DNA from: Octopus sinensis
Lineage: Eukaryota
DNA length: 64,000 nucleotides
Direction of reading: 5' to 3'
Assembly (NCBI RefSeq): GCF_006345805.1
Contig: NC_043004.1
Coordinates: 6,944,001-7,008,000 of the forward strand
The notes under the pieces: generated by a model
The model's database searches: none
What the model saw: only the letters and a program-made list of their open reading frames with translations
Told to the model about the DNA's origin: nothing
Program-made: the position numbers and the translations under genes
Shown: in pieces, positions 48,061 to 61,927 of the stretch
How the letters are laid out: each line of letters opens with the position of its first letter
How positions within the stretch are numbered: position 1 is the first letter of the stretch

Positions 48061-50814
48061 CAAAGTGACCTTCATTTCTTTAAAAAAATATCATCTAAAA
48101 AAAAAACTACATTTAATCTTTAATTCATAACTTCATTATTTCTTCATGTAGAAGGAAATGATGCAAAAATTTAGGAGTCTAGTTCAAAGATATTGTTCAA
48201 ATTTATAAAAGTGTAAACTCTTTAACTTCTTACCTGAATGGTCTTCTCCACTCTATTTTCAGTAACTGCTACAAATTTTGCTTGTTACCAGTCAATAGTT
48301 ATAGGAAACAAAGTCTTGAATACCATAATCCCAAAATATAGAAAGCACTGCTGCTATTTAAAAAAAAGTCTCCAACTATCTTTAACTTCAAAAGCAAGCT
48401 AAAATCTTCATTTTAAAATAGATTTTTAGTATATTTCTAATCCTACAATGATATAGTTTTTGCCTCTTGTGCATTAAGCATAGTACTTTGAAACCACAGA
48501 ATAGTCAGTAGCTGTGCTACATTTAGTTCTCATGAGGAAATTTGAAAAAAGTTGAAGTTTTATAAATACAAAGAAGATTCTTCAGATGAATATCATTAAA
48601 ATAGCTGCTGTTTTATTGGTGATGAGGTCAGGATGTTGTTTTAAAACATGGTAAGTATACTGATAAGTATAATCTAGATTTCCTTACAGTAACACAAGGC
48701 CACACGTATGTAAGGTAAGGATGAAGTAGTTCAAATCAACACTTGTTAACTAATATTTATTTCATTGTTTCTGAAGGAACAAAAGGGAGAGTTGACCCCC
48801 AAAAGGATTTAAAATCAAATTATAGTGGGATAAAATTAGGCCCTGAAATAGAGTGATTTAATTTAACTCCTTGGAAGATTTTGTTCACAAATTGAATATC
48901 TATGGCAATAGAGCTTAGTGGAAACTATCCCTCTTGTAAATTCAAGACTGTAGAAATGATTCAATCAGAAGATTTGGTTCCAAATTATTAACAGATGCTG
49001 AAATTGTTGCTTGCCCTCTAGCAATTTAAATATTTCTGTTATTCAGATTATAAATTACTTTATTATAATATTTGGTAACCAACCTAATTATTATAGAGAC
49101 ATTTACAATTTTCTCATTTTCCAAAGTTATTCTGTTCAAACTCTGATTTTACATAGAAATTAAAATTTTTCAGGAACATCCAGATTAAGCTTGAAGCATT
49201 CTTCAACAAAATGTTTATGGCAAATATGTTATCTACCTTTTTTTATATAGTGGTTATAAACATGTTTAGAAAAATAGCTGCATAAACCTGTATATAACCC
49301 TGTATTAATCATCATCATCAGCAGCATTATCACTGTCATCATCATCTTTTAATATTCACTTTTCCACATTTTCATGAGTCACATGGAATTTATTGAGGCA
49401 GATTTTCTGTGGCTAGATGCCCTTCTTGTCACTGAGCCTCATCACCAAGGTGATATTTTTCCCTGGCCAGACATGTTTTTCACAGAAAACCAGAAATGAA
49501 CATTGCAAACTTCTCAACCACACAGCCACATTTGTGCTTACAAAATCATATTGTTGTACAATAATCTGGATTATAATTTTCAAGAAATAAAAGAAACACA
49601 AACATATCTACTCTCTTTTCAAAACAGTCATATTGTAGTCTTTCTTTTCAAACATGATTCTGAACATGAGAAAAACAAGAGCTATACTTACAATTCATTA
49701 CAGATCTTGTTAGTTGTGCATTCAGGAATGAGACCCATGCAAAAATGTTGAAATTATTGTTTCTGTAGCACCAGCATATCTCTTGCAATGAGCATCTTGT
49801 TCTTCTTTTATACAAACACATTTTAGAATTCAAAATTTAAATATCTGCTTGTTGATAATGGATTTCCACAAATAAATAACAAATAAATCAGAAAGAAATA
49901 AATGCCAGAAATGTAAATATACTTTGTACTTAGAATTTTTTTTTCTTTTTGGTGACTTACACTATGCAAATACATTCATAACCAATGAAAACAATATACA
50001 AGTATTTGTCAAGTGACTTGAATGGAAACAATGTTTTTGGTTTTTTTATATGAAAAATAAAGTAATTACTACAAAACAGCTTAAAAAAATAAATATTTAT
50101 TGACACTGTTCAGTTTGAAGGTGCTTAAAAAAATACAAGCATTATTTGTCCTCCTTAGCTTCAATGACTAAGTGTAGCAAGCTGGCAGAAGCATTAGTAT
50201 GTCAGACAAAATGCTTAGTGACATATCTTCTAGCTCTTTATGCTCTGAATTCAAATCCAGCCAATCTCAGCTTTGCCTTGGTCCCTTTGGGGTCAGTCAA
50301 GGACTGGGGTCAATGTAATTGACATGCCAGTCCCTTCAAAAATTGCTGGCCTTGAAACCTGCAACAGATTGGTGTCCTGTTCAGGGGAATGTTGTGACCA
50401 TGATCACTTATATGCACGGGAAACTTGGTAACAAGCTTTATGAGTTCTATGGTTCAAGGAAAAATATACATAAAAAGTTCCTTGAACAATGGATTGGGTG
50501 GGGCAATCGCTATTGATGTGATCTCTAACTTTTTGACATTGATTAGCCATAGCTATAATTAAAAAATGAAATACTTTCATTTAACAATCCAGGACAAAGT
50601 CTATAGATGAATATGTAAACTCTCTTTGAGAACTTAGATTAATCTAGGACTGCCAAAGTATCATGGCTAACATATACAGAGACAAAAATATTTATGACTC
50701 ATTCAGAATCAGAAACGTTTCTGTACATATAGCAACCTGACTACTAGAAAAACAAAACCTTAGTACTGACTTCTGTTACTTAAGAAATAACCACGATAGA
50801 TCCTCAGGTATCTA

Positions 50815-51245
50815 GGGGGGGGGGGGCTTGTACTGTTAGTCAAGTCACAACAAGGACCTCAGACAGACAGTACTTTATGCAATAAGTGTGCAGTTCCAAG
50901 TAATGCTGACTTTTGCAATACACCCAGATTGTAGGGTATTTCTGAAGTTTTCAGATGTTTTTTCAGATTGGGTGGTATTGAATCCAATGCTCCGATGACA
51001 ATAGGGATAACCTTTATATTCGACTCTTGTAGCTACCACATATTATTATTATTATTATTATTATTATAGACACCGCACAGTATACAATATTGTGAGGTTG
51101 TTGATTGAAGATATTGTGTCCACCAGGGGTTTTGTACTGTTTGTCTAGTCACAAAGACCTCAGGCAGGCAGTACTTTACGCAATATGCATGCAGTTCCAA
51201 GTAATGCTGACTTTTGCAATACATCTAGATTGTAGGGTATCTCTA
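50815..51245 (-). mobile_element. Two stacked R4/Dong-type 3'-end fragments separated by (AAT)n
   Basis: Both align to 44961-45230; translate KVIPIVIGALDSIP...LQKSALLGTAH. Confidence 0.8.
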
Positions 51246-51376
51246 AGTGTTATACTAATTATCTTTTTTTAATAATTTTGATATATATTTAAAATGATAT
51301 AAATTAATTAATTTTATGTATTGGCTTGAGTTTTTCATTGTATGATTTGCCTAATAGTGGTTTTATCTCTAATTTA

Positions 51377-51452
<76 letters not shown>

Positions 51453-52214
51453 CAGAGATGTGTGCGTATGTACACATACATGCATATGCACATATACACG
51501 TGTGTAAAAGATTGAATGTGGATTCGTCCTTTAGTTGGAGTGGTTTCTAAAAAGATTTTTAACATTCATTCTTGATACTTTGCTGAGAGTTTACTGGTGT
51601 AAATTGGCAAAAATATGAAAAGTAGTATTAGTATATTAAGTGTATGATTAATTTATGGAATGAATTCAACAAATCCTATCATATTTGTCAAAAATGGAGG
51701 AGATAAGATGTTAAAAATTGTAAGAAGTTTATTCATGCATACAATTGTTTCAAACATAGACATAAATTCATTTTAGAATTTGCAAATATCATAGTGCTCA
51801 TCAGTGCAGAGAAAAAAATAATAGAAACTTTAAAAAACAGCAGAGAAGTTGGATCTATGAGTTTCATGTTTATTTGTTCCTATCTATGTGTGATAGGTAA
51901 GTCTAGAGATATATCAACAGATATGCAGATACAGAAATATATTAGTATATGTACAAACAGATATATGGAGCTGAACTGAAATGAAATGAAATAATCTCAG
52001 TTGGTAAGTCATTTTGATCTCACACACACATATACAAATAAATGCTATCATTTTAATTCATCCTTTATTTCCTTAAACTATGAAGCACATAATATCTGTC
52101 AAACATATTAAAAGAAGGAAAATAAGCAATACCTTCTAAGTTCATTTTGATTATATTTAATAGTAGTTTTGATTAAATGGCAGGATTTCAAAAGAACTTT
52201 TTGAAATTCCTTGC

Positions 52215-52725
52215 TTGAGTAGACCCAATAAGACATAGGACACAGTGGTAAGAAAGGTCTTCAAATGTTGGGCCTCAAAAAGCTGACAAGGGACCAAGAT
52301 TTCTGGTAGTTTGCTGTGCTTGAAAAGACACATCAATCTAAGAGAAATTGTGGCCATCCATACATACAAGCATGTCCTTTATGACCATGCCTCCCACTCC
52401 TTCTCAGCCAAGAAGCCCTTGTCTTGTGGGTTTTCAGGCATTACATAAAGAACTTGTGCTGGTGTCATGTAAATGCACCTGTACCAGTGCCATGCAAGAA
52501 CACCCATGTTGGTGTTATGTAAAAGCATCTGTGTGAGTACCATGTAAAAAGCACCCAGTACACTTTGTAAAATAGTTGGCATTAGGAAGGGCATCCAACT
52601 GTAGAAATCATAGAAACAGAAAAAGTGTGGGCAGTTCTCTGACTGTCCAGCTCCTGTCAAACCATACAACCCATGTCAGCATGGAAAACGGATGTTAAAT
52701 GATAATGATAATGATGATGATGATA
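52215..52725 (+). mobile_element. Older RTE 3' end including the last codons
   Basis: PNKT*DTVVRKGLQMLGLKKLTRDQDFW*FAVLEKT resembles the RTE C-terminus; (GAT)n tail. Confidence 0.7.
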
Positions 52726-53034
52726 AATGTTTTCAAATATGCTGACTCACACTCTGGAATTTCCACAGGTCCTGCAAGTTATTATTATTGTGTAGAACAG
52801 AATCATTATAACTCTATTTTAGTTACGTCCTTCCGTGTTCTAAATTCAAATCCCAACAAAGTTGATTTTGTTTTTTATTTATTATATACTAGTTTAATCA
52901 GCCATGCTTCCTATAAATTGTTTTAATTGACATCACCCACTCCAAAATATATTGTCTTGTAACTATGCTAAAAATCATCATCATCATTGTTGCTGTTGTT
53001 ATTGTCGTTGTTGTTATTATTATTATTATTATTA

Positions 53035-53280
53035 TCAAGTGAGAGAGTAGTGCATGTCATCAAAGTGACACTAGGGGAAAATATATGAAGCCCAGTATAC
53101 CCATCATGACTACCTGTCTGATAAGGGTACACCAGGTGATCTCATATCAAGATTAACAGCGCATGACCTTGCAGGTGGGGCCCGGTTAGAATTTTCTTCA
53201 GGTCAAGTAGCCCATCCCGCTCAAATGGTCCCTGAATAAGCGTTGTTTAGGGCTGTTGAAGGAAATACCCATGTTTCCAT
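53035..53280. repeat. Interspersed repeat fragment flanked by (ATT)n/(GTT)n, family unassigned
   Basis: Non-AT-rich island between trinucleotide tracts; recognised only loosely. Confidence 0.35.
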
Positions 53281-54054
53281 GTTGTTGTTGTTGTTATTAT
53301 TATTATTATTATTTCCATGTTGTTATTATTATTGTTGTTGTCAGCAATAACAACAACATTAGTACGCATTTCAGTTCCTGATCTCAACCACTCCTTAGAT
53401 TTGAAAAGTCACATACACCAAATCTATTTTAAATTATAAACATGAAACTAAAAAATCCAAATTATTTTCAACTCCAGCACAAAAACTAGTCAAGTGGGAA
53501 TTTGATAGATGTCACATGTTATTGTACTTGTACATTACAATAGAGTATTATGTGTTAGAATAAACTGGAAGGAGTGTAGGCTCAAAATTTAGAAGTTGCA
53601 TAAATAGGTGTGAAAACTTTAAAGGAAGCATTTACTGAATCTTAGAGCTGTATATGTTTGGCAATGGTAGGAAGTGATGGCAATAATGTGTTTGTTCCTC
53701 AAATGTTTTCAAAGTGAGACCATTGGGTGCAGTCGTTTGGACACTGAAAATTTGGTGTGACTGACTGGACATTGAACCTGTTTTGTTGACAGTACTTTTT
53801 ATCACTGGAAGCAAGCACACACAGACACACACACACATGCATGTACACACAGGAATATACACATACAGATTTGAGAAAGTGAGAGAGAAAGAGAAAGAGA
53901 GAGAGAGATTGATTACAATTTATTAATTGAACATGGTTGCTATAAACATTTTCTTTCTCCTTATATGTATAAAGGGAAATATATTCACAAAGATAAACAG
54001 AGAGAGAGAGAAGGAGGTGAGACAGAGAAAGAGACAGCGAGGGAGGGAGGAAGG

Positions 54055-54132
<78 letters not shown>

Positions 54133-54459
54133 CAGACAGAGAGAAAGACAGACAGACAGACAGACAGAAAGAGAGAAACATTAAATTGTCTGATATCAAA
54201 TAAGTCCTTATTGAACCACCGCCAAAAAATAGTTGGTGCCAAAATAGCCCTGCCAAAATATTTTATGCCCAAAATGTTTTGTTGCCATCACCTCCTACTC
54301 CTCCAAACATGTACAATTCCAAGATTCAGTAAGTGTTTCCTTTTAAGGTTTCCCACCACTTTATGCAACTTCTAAACTTTTGAGACTGCAATGTCGCAGT
54401 GGAATTGTGTCACTGATCAAGTTACTGAACTGCGACTGATGGATAGTCTTAATCCATAT

Positions 54460-54620
54460 ATATGAGGGGTTGCTAAAAAGTTCCCTGCTTTAAAGGTATT
54501 GCAAAAGGTCTGGTTGGAGGCCTAACCATCCAAGTTTTTTTATAGGGCTTAGAAAAACTACTGAAGGGTCATTGCAATAAGTGTGTGAATCTGAGAGGGA
54601 AATATGTCAAAAAAAATCAT
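54460..54620 (+). mobile_element. Possible mariner-type remnant
   Basis: tatgaggggttgctaaaaagttcc TIR-like start, then CNKCVNLRGKYV resembling a mariner C-terminus. Confidence 0.35.
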
Positions 54621-55380
54621 AATTGTGGTCCATAATAATGTTTGTAGATTGATTCCATCATAGGATAGACAAACCTTTATCTTCAGGAAAGAGATCTTAT
54701 ATTTGAGATGTTAAAGGAGAAAACTTTCAAAGATGGAATAATTGAATGTGGAGAGCTAAATGTAATAGAGGGGAGGGATTGATGGAGGAGGTTTATAATT
54801 GCGAGGTGACTTTTTTTTCATGAATGGATACTCTTTCTGTTGCCAACCATCACCTGTTTCCATATTTTCAGGGAAGATTGGAAAATCTATTTGTCGACAG
54901 AAAATTTTTCATGGAAGAGTTTTCATGGAAGATTGGAAAATCTATTTGTCTACAGAGAAAATTTTTCTCCATGACAAAATACAGTGAATGACTGTCTCAC
55001 AAATAATTTCTGTTTTTACAGGTATCACATTGAAAGCTATCAAATTACAAAGTGTTTGTGTTGTTTGTAATAAGTTTTATTTTACATTTCTTGTCCACCA
55101 GAGATTATGTCCGATCTTTAGCATACTACTGTATGTCTTCTCAAATTACGATTACAGGAAAAGTTGTTGATAAGAATTACCAACAAAAACAAAGCTGATA
55201 AATATGCACAGGTGTTGCAAATTAAGTTTAATTACCAATAAACATCAGCTTGGATGACACTTTACTCAACTGACAGAGGAAGGTGACCGATTAAACTGAT
55301 TATGTAAACAGAATTCTTTTCTGCTTATTCTTGTTGGAACCTTTGATACTTTAAAATTTGTCATTACAGTTATTGTCAGT

Positions 55381-56010
55381 ATGGGCAGAACTTATAAATT
55401 GTTTACTGTGAAGGGGAAATTAAATATGCTAAATATGCATTTGAATGTGGCAACAGAGCTGCTGGGAGGCATTTTAATGTTAATGAATCCAATGTTTGAA
55501 ATTGGTGTAAACAATATGACAAACTTGAAACTGTGCCTGGTATAAACAGACAAATAAAAACATACAATCGAGATTATCCATATCATTACATTTTTTTTCA
55601 GTCAGGAATATCCATATCATTATGTCTGTCAATGTTGCTCCATTGTGATAGGCAGAAACTCCAACCAATGTAAAATATGGCCCAGACTGTATTTACCAAC
55701 ATGAACATCAGACTTCAAAAAGTAGTTAGTCATTTAATGATTCTAGTAAATTCATACAGAAAATGTAAGCATTATACCATCCAGCATTAATAAAAGTCAA
55801 CTTCATTATATTTAAGCCATTACTTTTTTCTGTAGAAACCTATTCTCACATTACATAAGTCAACTTCTGGTACAAATGTTTACGTTTTGCACGTTTTTTT
55901 TTCAACAAAAAATATCAAAACAAATTCTGGAAACAATCTACTCATGTAATTTATGCACCCACAAAAGTTTATTTTTATTTTTGCGAAAAAGTGCATAAAT
56001 TACATGGGTT
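55381..56010 (+). pseudogene. pogo-type DNA transposon relic with a Brinker-like DNA-binding domain
   Basis: With one frameshift and one TGA: MGRTYKLFTVKGKLNML-KYAFECGNRAAGRHFNVNESNV*NWCKQYDKL; 16-bp perfect inverted repeat catgtaatttatgcac / gtgcataaattacatg near 55945-56005. Confidence 0.6.
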
Positions 56011-56262
56011 TTTACATACTCATCAGGACAACGATAACTTAATTATATGAAGGTTACATTTATTTACATTCATAGCAACTCTAGTTGCTGACAGTGAGCT
56101 ATACAGAAATTTTCAGCTTATCAAATTTTCTTGTAACTTCAATATGGGAAAAAGTGTGTAACCTTTGACATCAATAAATTGTTACTGTTCCTGAACCTAC
56201 ATGGTTTACTTTTAATTTTCTGTACTTGCCACAGACTATTTGAACCCTTGGATCTTACCCTT

Positions 56263-56502
56263 ACGTAAAAAGCACCATCCATCCGTGGCCGTTTGCCAGC
56301 TCCATCTGGCACCTGTGCGGGTGGCACGTAAAAAGCACCCACTACACTCACGGAGTGGTTGGCGTTAGGAAGGGCATCTAGCCGTAGAAACACTGCCAGA
56401 TCAGACTGGGCCTGATGCAGCCTTCTGGCTTCACAGACCCCAGTTGAACCGTCCAATCCATGCTAGCATGGAAAGCGGACGCTAAATGATGATGATGATG
56501 AT
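56263..56502 (+). mobile_element. RTE 3' end
   Basis: Near-identical to the reverse complement of 37303-37545; followed by (TA)n. Confidence 0.9.
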
Positions 56503-57091
56503 ATATATATATATATATATCTAATATGATAAATGTGAAAACTAATTTCTGTGTGTTAGTGTGTCACTCTTTGACCCACCCCCTCTCTCACTTTTCAATG
56601 ACACTTCTACTATTCCTCATGCTGGGGTGAGAGTAATAATAGGCATAGAGATGGTGAGGGCAGTGGTGAAGACAGACAGAGAGTGACAGAGAGAAAAGAA
56701 AAAGAGAGGGAGAGAAAGAGAGACAAAGAAATTTAGGGTGAGGTGATGATGTTTTATGAAAAGTAGTAGTGTTGATGGTGGCAGTGGGAGTAATAATAAG
56801 AGAGGGAGAAAGAGTAGGTATGTGAAAGAAAGAGGGAGATGATGTACAACTTTGTTTAATCATGTCTCTTTGGCAGAAATTCCTGTGGCCAACATACTGA
56901 ACATTGAACCAACATACTGAACACTGAATTCTTTTACTCACATATTCAGGCTTTTGCTTTTATTACTTTTGTTTTATTTTTTGCTTTCTTTAATACACAC
57001 ACACACATATATATACATATGCACACACACACATCATATCTAATATAATAAATATGAATGTCAGTGTGTCACTCTTTTTCAACTTTAATAA

Positions 57092-57309
57092 ATCTTTTCT
57101 GCTAGAAACACAAGGCCTCAAATTTTGGGGGAAGGGATTAAGTCGATTACATTGACCCCCAGTACGTAACTGGTACTAACTTTATTGTTCCCAAAAGAAT
57201 GGAAGGCAAAGTTGACCTCAGTGGAATTCAAACTCAAAACCTAACAGCAGACAAAATATCGCTAAGCATTTCACCTGGTGTGCTAAGAATTCTGCCAGCT
57301 CACTACCTT
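57092..57309 (-). mobile_element. SINE family B
   Basis: Reverse complement of family B. Confidence 0.8.
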
Positions 57310-57843
57310 AATATAATATAACAAGTGTGAATGTCAGCGTGTCACACTTTTTCAACTTTACTCTTAGAAGCCGTAGGCCAACATATCATGCCATTCTGGA
57401 ATCAGGCTGACTCAACGAGTAACTTGAAAACATTCTGGGCCAAATCCAAACCCACAATCCTGAAATTTTGGATTCTCAAATTTTCCTTACTGTGACTGTT
57501 TTCAGTGATTATTTTACATGATATTTTGTGACAAATCTTTTTGTACTATAACAATTTTTATATTCTAAAGGCTAACTCTATGAGTAAATTAAAAACATTC
57601 CAGGCCAAATCTGGACCTGCAATCCTGAAATTTTGAATTCCTATGTTTTCATTACTGTGATTGTTTTCGGCGATTTTTTTCAACGAATATGATCATCATT
57701 GGGACATTACTCTGGAGGAAGCAATTGCAACAAATTCTCCAAAACAAGTCATTGATCTGTTAGCAGATCTTCCCATTCAGGATCAGTTGCTTAAAATCTA
57801 TATACTAGCTTAAAAGCCACCCAACAAGGCAGCTTCTAAACTA

Positions 57844-57844
<1 letters not shown>

Positions 57845-57938
<94 letters not shown>
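57845..57938. repeat. Long (TA)n microsatellite
   Basis: Direct inspection. Confidence 0.95.
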
Positions 57939-58416
57939 GAGGCAAGTGAGAATCAAATCAAATCAAATCAAATCGAACCAAATCAAAATAGATGAACATC
58001 AATGGAATTTGTATCCTTGTGGTACCAGTGCCGGTGGCATATAAGAAAACCATCCGAACGTGACCGTAGCCAGTACCGCAACAACTGGCCTCCGTGCTGA
58101 GGGCACGTAACAAACACCATCCGAGCGTGGCCGTTCGCCAGCCTCGTCTGGCACCTGTGTCGGTTACACATAAGAAAACACCATCCAAGTGTGGCTGTCT
58201 GCCAGCCTCATCTGGCACCTGTGTCGGTGGCACATAAAATCACCCACTACACTCTCGGAGTGGTTGGCGTTAGGAAGGGCATCCAGCTGTAGAAACACTG
58301 CCAGATCTGACTGGCCTGGTGCAGCTTTCGGGCTTGCCAGACCCCAGTTGAACCGTCCAACCCATGCTAGCATGGAAAGCGGACGTTAAACGATGATGAT
58401 GATGATGATGATGATA
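57939..58416 (+). mobile_element. Complete RTE 3' UTR, (TA)n on both sides
   Basis: (AAATC)n, four subrepeats, conserved terminal region, (GAT)n. Confidence 0.9.
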
Positions 58417-61400
58417 TATATATATATATACACACACACATGCTTACAATTAAACTATAATAAATTGAATGAAGTTAGATATGATGTCAGGGGTTTTGAG
58501 GAAGAGACAAAATGTAGTTTATTTCTTTTATCTGTTAATAGCTAGAGATAGGAGTGGGGAGGAAAGAAAAACGAAATAGAACAATCAAATGGACAAGAGG
58601 TGACATTAGATAGTGCAGTCCCTCAAAATCTATTTTAAATATACTAATTACGTTGTTATTATCTATTCATTAGATGTCATTACAACATGACGCAGTCATT
58701 ACCTATATTTGATGAACATTTAATCTGTTCTTTTAACATGTTAGTATTATAATTTGAATTATGAAATTAACCTCAATATTATAGTCATATTTTGGGGTCA
58801 TTACCATATCTAAAACTATGTTGATATAAACTATAAACCTCTTTTTGTAATATTTATCCTTGTACATGTTCTTGTATTTTCGTTTTAATTTTGGTGCAGA
58901 TTGGGTCAAATTTTAAAAATGAAATTAATTTGTCCAAAAAGAACTAGTCTACATCATTGGATGCAAATGAACTTACAGGTGTTACATCAGAGTTTTCCCT
59001 CTCCTAGAGATGTCTAAACAAATATTAGGAGTCTCTCACTCTCAACTGTTGGATGGCCATTGACACAACAAAGTCTATCTGCCCTTTGATCAGTTTTGCT
59101 TTTTGTCCTGTAGGGTGTCCAACGAAAAACACCCTCCTTATTCAGCAGGCCTAGTAGGGTTGCTTGATCAAAGGCCCAGTTATGTGACAAACTGTACTGT
59201 GTTACGAGTTACTAATAACACTAAGACCTGACACATACATATGCATTGTGTAATGCATGTATTTAGTAGTGAGTTAGCAAAGGAACCAACAGAACATGTA
59301 TGTATGTGTTTGTATAAAGATTTTGAATGGATATAAGAAGGAATAAACCATTTATGTATGTGTCAGATTAAATGGTCCTGCATGACTTGTGTGCAGTAGT
59401 ACAATTGAATTGTAGAACTCTTGTGTATTCAAAGTACACATGCATAAATGATTTTATGTTTATAACCACTACATGTTCTCAACATGTTACAAATCAGTGA
59501 CTGAACTGGTTTGTAAAGTGGAAGGATCTGTTGGACTGTATGGACTGAGAAACACTTCTTGCAGTTAATGAAGTAAGCACACTAAACTGATTGATTGAGT
59601 AGAGTACAGATGTACTGAAGTCCTGGCAACAGCCGTCCTGTGTGGAGATTCAGCTGCTGGTTATATCAAATTATACAACTGTGGGTTTACTTTCGCGTTA
59701 CTGGCCTACAACAATATACTGTCACCAGATACTCGATCCAATAACAAGGTACAGAAGAAACATGTTAATGTAGTCATTCAATTAGTCAATATAGTAACCA
59801 ATTAATAAGTCCCTCCACTAGTAATATTTTTAGTCGCCTCTTTCTTGTTATCAAGACTGCAATAAGATAACAGAAATGCATTCAGAAGTATTGGAAATAA
59901 ATTCATCTATTAGAAATACTATATTATGGAAAATGTTTTTCTAGAATTTTTTCTCTTTTTTTGGAAGTCTTTAACTCTAGTTTTAGGTTCATTCTATTTT
60001 GTTATTCTGTAGTACGACATTGAATTTACTGAAGGCGCAATTAATTGTTGGCAGTTGTGATGGTGAAGATCGTTAAAACGAATTGTAACATCCCGTCGCC
60101 TAAGTGTAGGCAATTACTACCGCTACCATTTTGTTCCTTTGAGACAATGTCTCCCAGTAAATGGTAAAAAAAGAACATTTTCTGCTACAAAAATTACTCA
60201 AAGCATTCTTAATACTTGAATTAATTATTTTGAAAAGATATTCTATAAAGTAATTTCAGGGTTAAATATAAAATGTGTGTGTGGGGTGTGTGAATAAATG
60301 ATAACCTACATTCGTTTTACTTTAGACCCCCCAACCTCTACTGTTATATATGTTGCGATGGAAATCATTTTATGATTCATTGCAATAGTGTGCTAAAAAG
60401 GAGACGGGGGTCGTTATGATACAGCCTTCCACGCTCTTTACTTCGTATTCTGTTCATAGAAAGATTCGACCTCAGCTCTGCAAGTTGTTGTTTTTGACTC
60501 CATATAGTATTTATTCCCCGTTTAGGTAAATGTATGTCACATCTCATTCCCTTCTCTTTAAATTCGATACTTTGCTAAGTAAAACGAAATTAGTAATTTT
60601 AATTAAAAGTTATAAATATGGTGCCTTTCTACATTTTACAAAAATATAACTATAATAACGCCTTTAAAAAAAAATCAGAAACGCTTTATTTTATAATCAT
60701 CAAGATATAGTCGTAGTAAAGTGGCAAAACAAGAGGTGTACTGGTGGTGTCTGTCAGTGGGTTAATATGATACAGCACTATTGGGACAGCTAGTTGAGTG
60801 CTTTCTAGACGCCATGAAGACAAGCTACTTCGTCACGTCAGTCAGCAAGAAGAGTACAATGTCGGGCAAAATCCCGCTTGTTTACGTCATAACCTAAAAA
60901 AAACCTAACGGTAAAAGCAAGTATTGCTAACTCCCACCAATTTTGACTCCTTGTCGAGAGACTTTTACTCTCATCTCCGAGATATGGTGTCTTTATTTAA
61001 TTCGACAACATCGAACAGTTTTATTGCGACAAATTGTATTGGGTACTAGCTGTGTGTCAATAGAATTTTCATTAAAACGGCATCGTCCAATATTAACATT
61101 TGATTGTTTTATGAGTGCCTTTTCCCGCGTATTATCTAATATAAACGATCGAAATATATCAAAGCGGCTGCAGATTTTCAATCATCGTATCCTTCGTGTA
61201 TGATTAATGAAAATATACAGCCGCTCAATTTTAATAAACCAAACCAATTACCATTGAATTTTTTCCTTCGGGATTAAAAATAGCTCTTTTCCATGAGAAA
61301 AACGTTGGCTTATGAGAATGTCGAAGTGACAGTCACAGTAAAGTGCATTGAAGTAACAACCATTCCTTCTGTCCGCCTTTTTATTGTTAAAACCGCTGCT

Positions 61401-61486
61401 TCTCAAAAGCAGCTCGCTACCCAAGTTTGCCTAGCACTCTCATAGTATCTCATCACCCTGATTCCTTAAAACTTATTTATCCGTAC

Positions 61487-61602
61487 CTCCTAGAACTGGA
61501 ATTCCACTCACACCCATATTTCCCCCGCAGATGTTCGAACTGAACATTAAAAGACTTCATCTTAGAAATCTTGGATGTGGTTCTTAACCATTTTGCGGTC
61601 AT
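61487..61602 (-). other. Candidate first coding exon of an unidentified leftward gene
   Basis: ATG at 61602 (MTAKWLRTT...GCEWNSSSR) or 61517 (MGVSGIPVLG) running into the donor GAG/GTACGG at 61487/61486; no homology recognised. Confidence 0.25.
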
Positions 61603-61810
61603 TATAGCACCATTAAAGGAATTGAAAAGTGTGAGCGAAACAGAAAAGATCCAAAGGATCACCCAATATGTTCTCTGTTGCTACTGACGAAATCAATACG
61701 AATCCTTTCATAATAAGCCAACAGCATGATATGATCTTATATACATAGTACAGATGGAGAACTAGGAATAGGAAACGGGCAAATTACAGGATTCTGTCGT
61801 TTATATATAC

Positions 61811-61859
61811 TCTTTTACTTGTTTCAGTCATTTGACTGTGGCCATGCTGTAGCACCGCC

Positions 61860-61860
<1 letters not shown>
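61811..61860 (-). mobile_element. Isolated 50-bp SINE A 3' tail next to (TA)n
   Basis: tcttttacttgtttcagtcatttgactgtggccatgctgtagcaccgcct. Confidence 0.75.

Positions 61861-61927
<67 letters not shown>

Noticed and set aside
11586-58440. Dozens of ORFs rich in [20 protein letters not shown] or poly-N/Y/I
   Set aside because: Translations of (TA)n, (TG)n, (TACA)n, (GA)n and (AAT)n microsatellites
507-61860. Strand bias of SINE A (about 12 minus versus 6 plus)
   Set aside because: Too few copies to be meaningful
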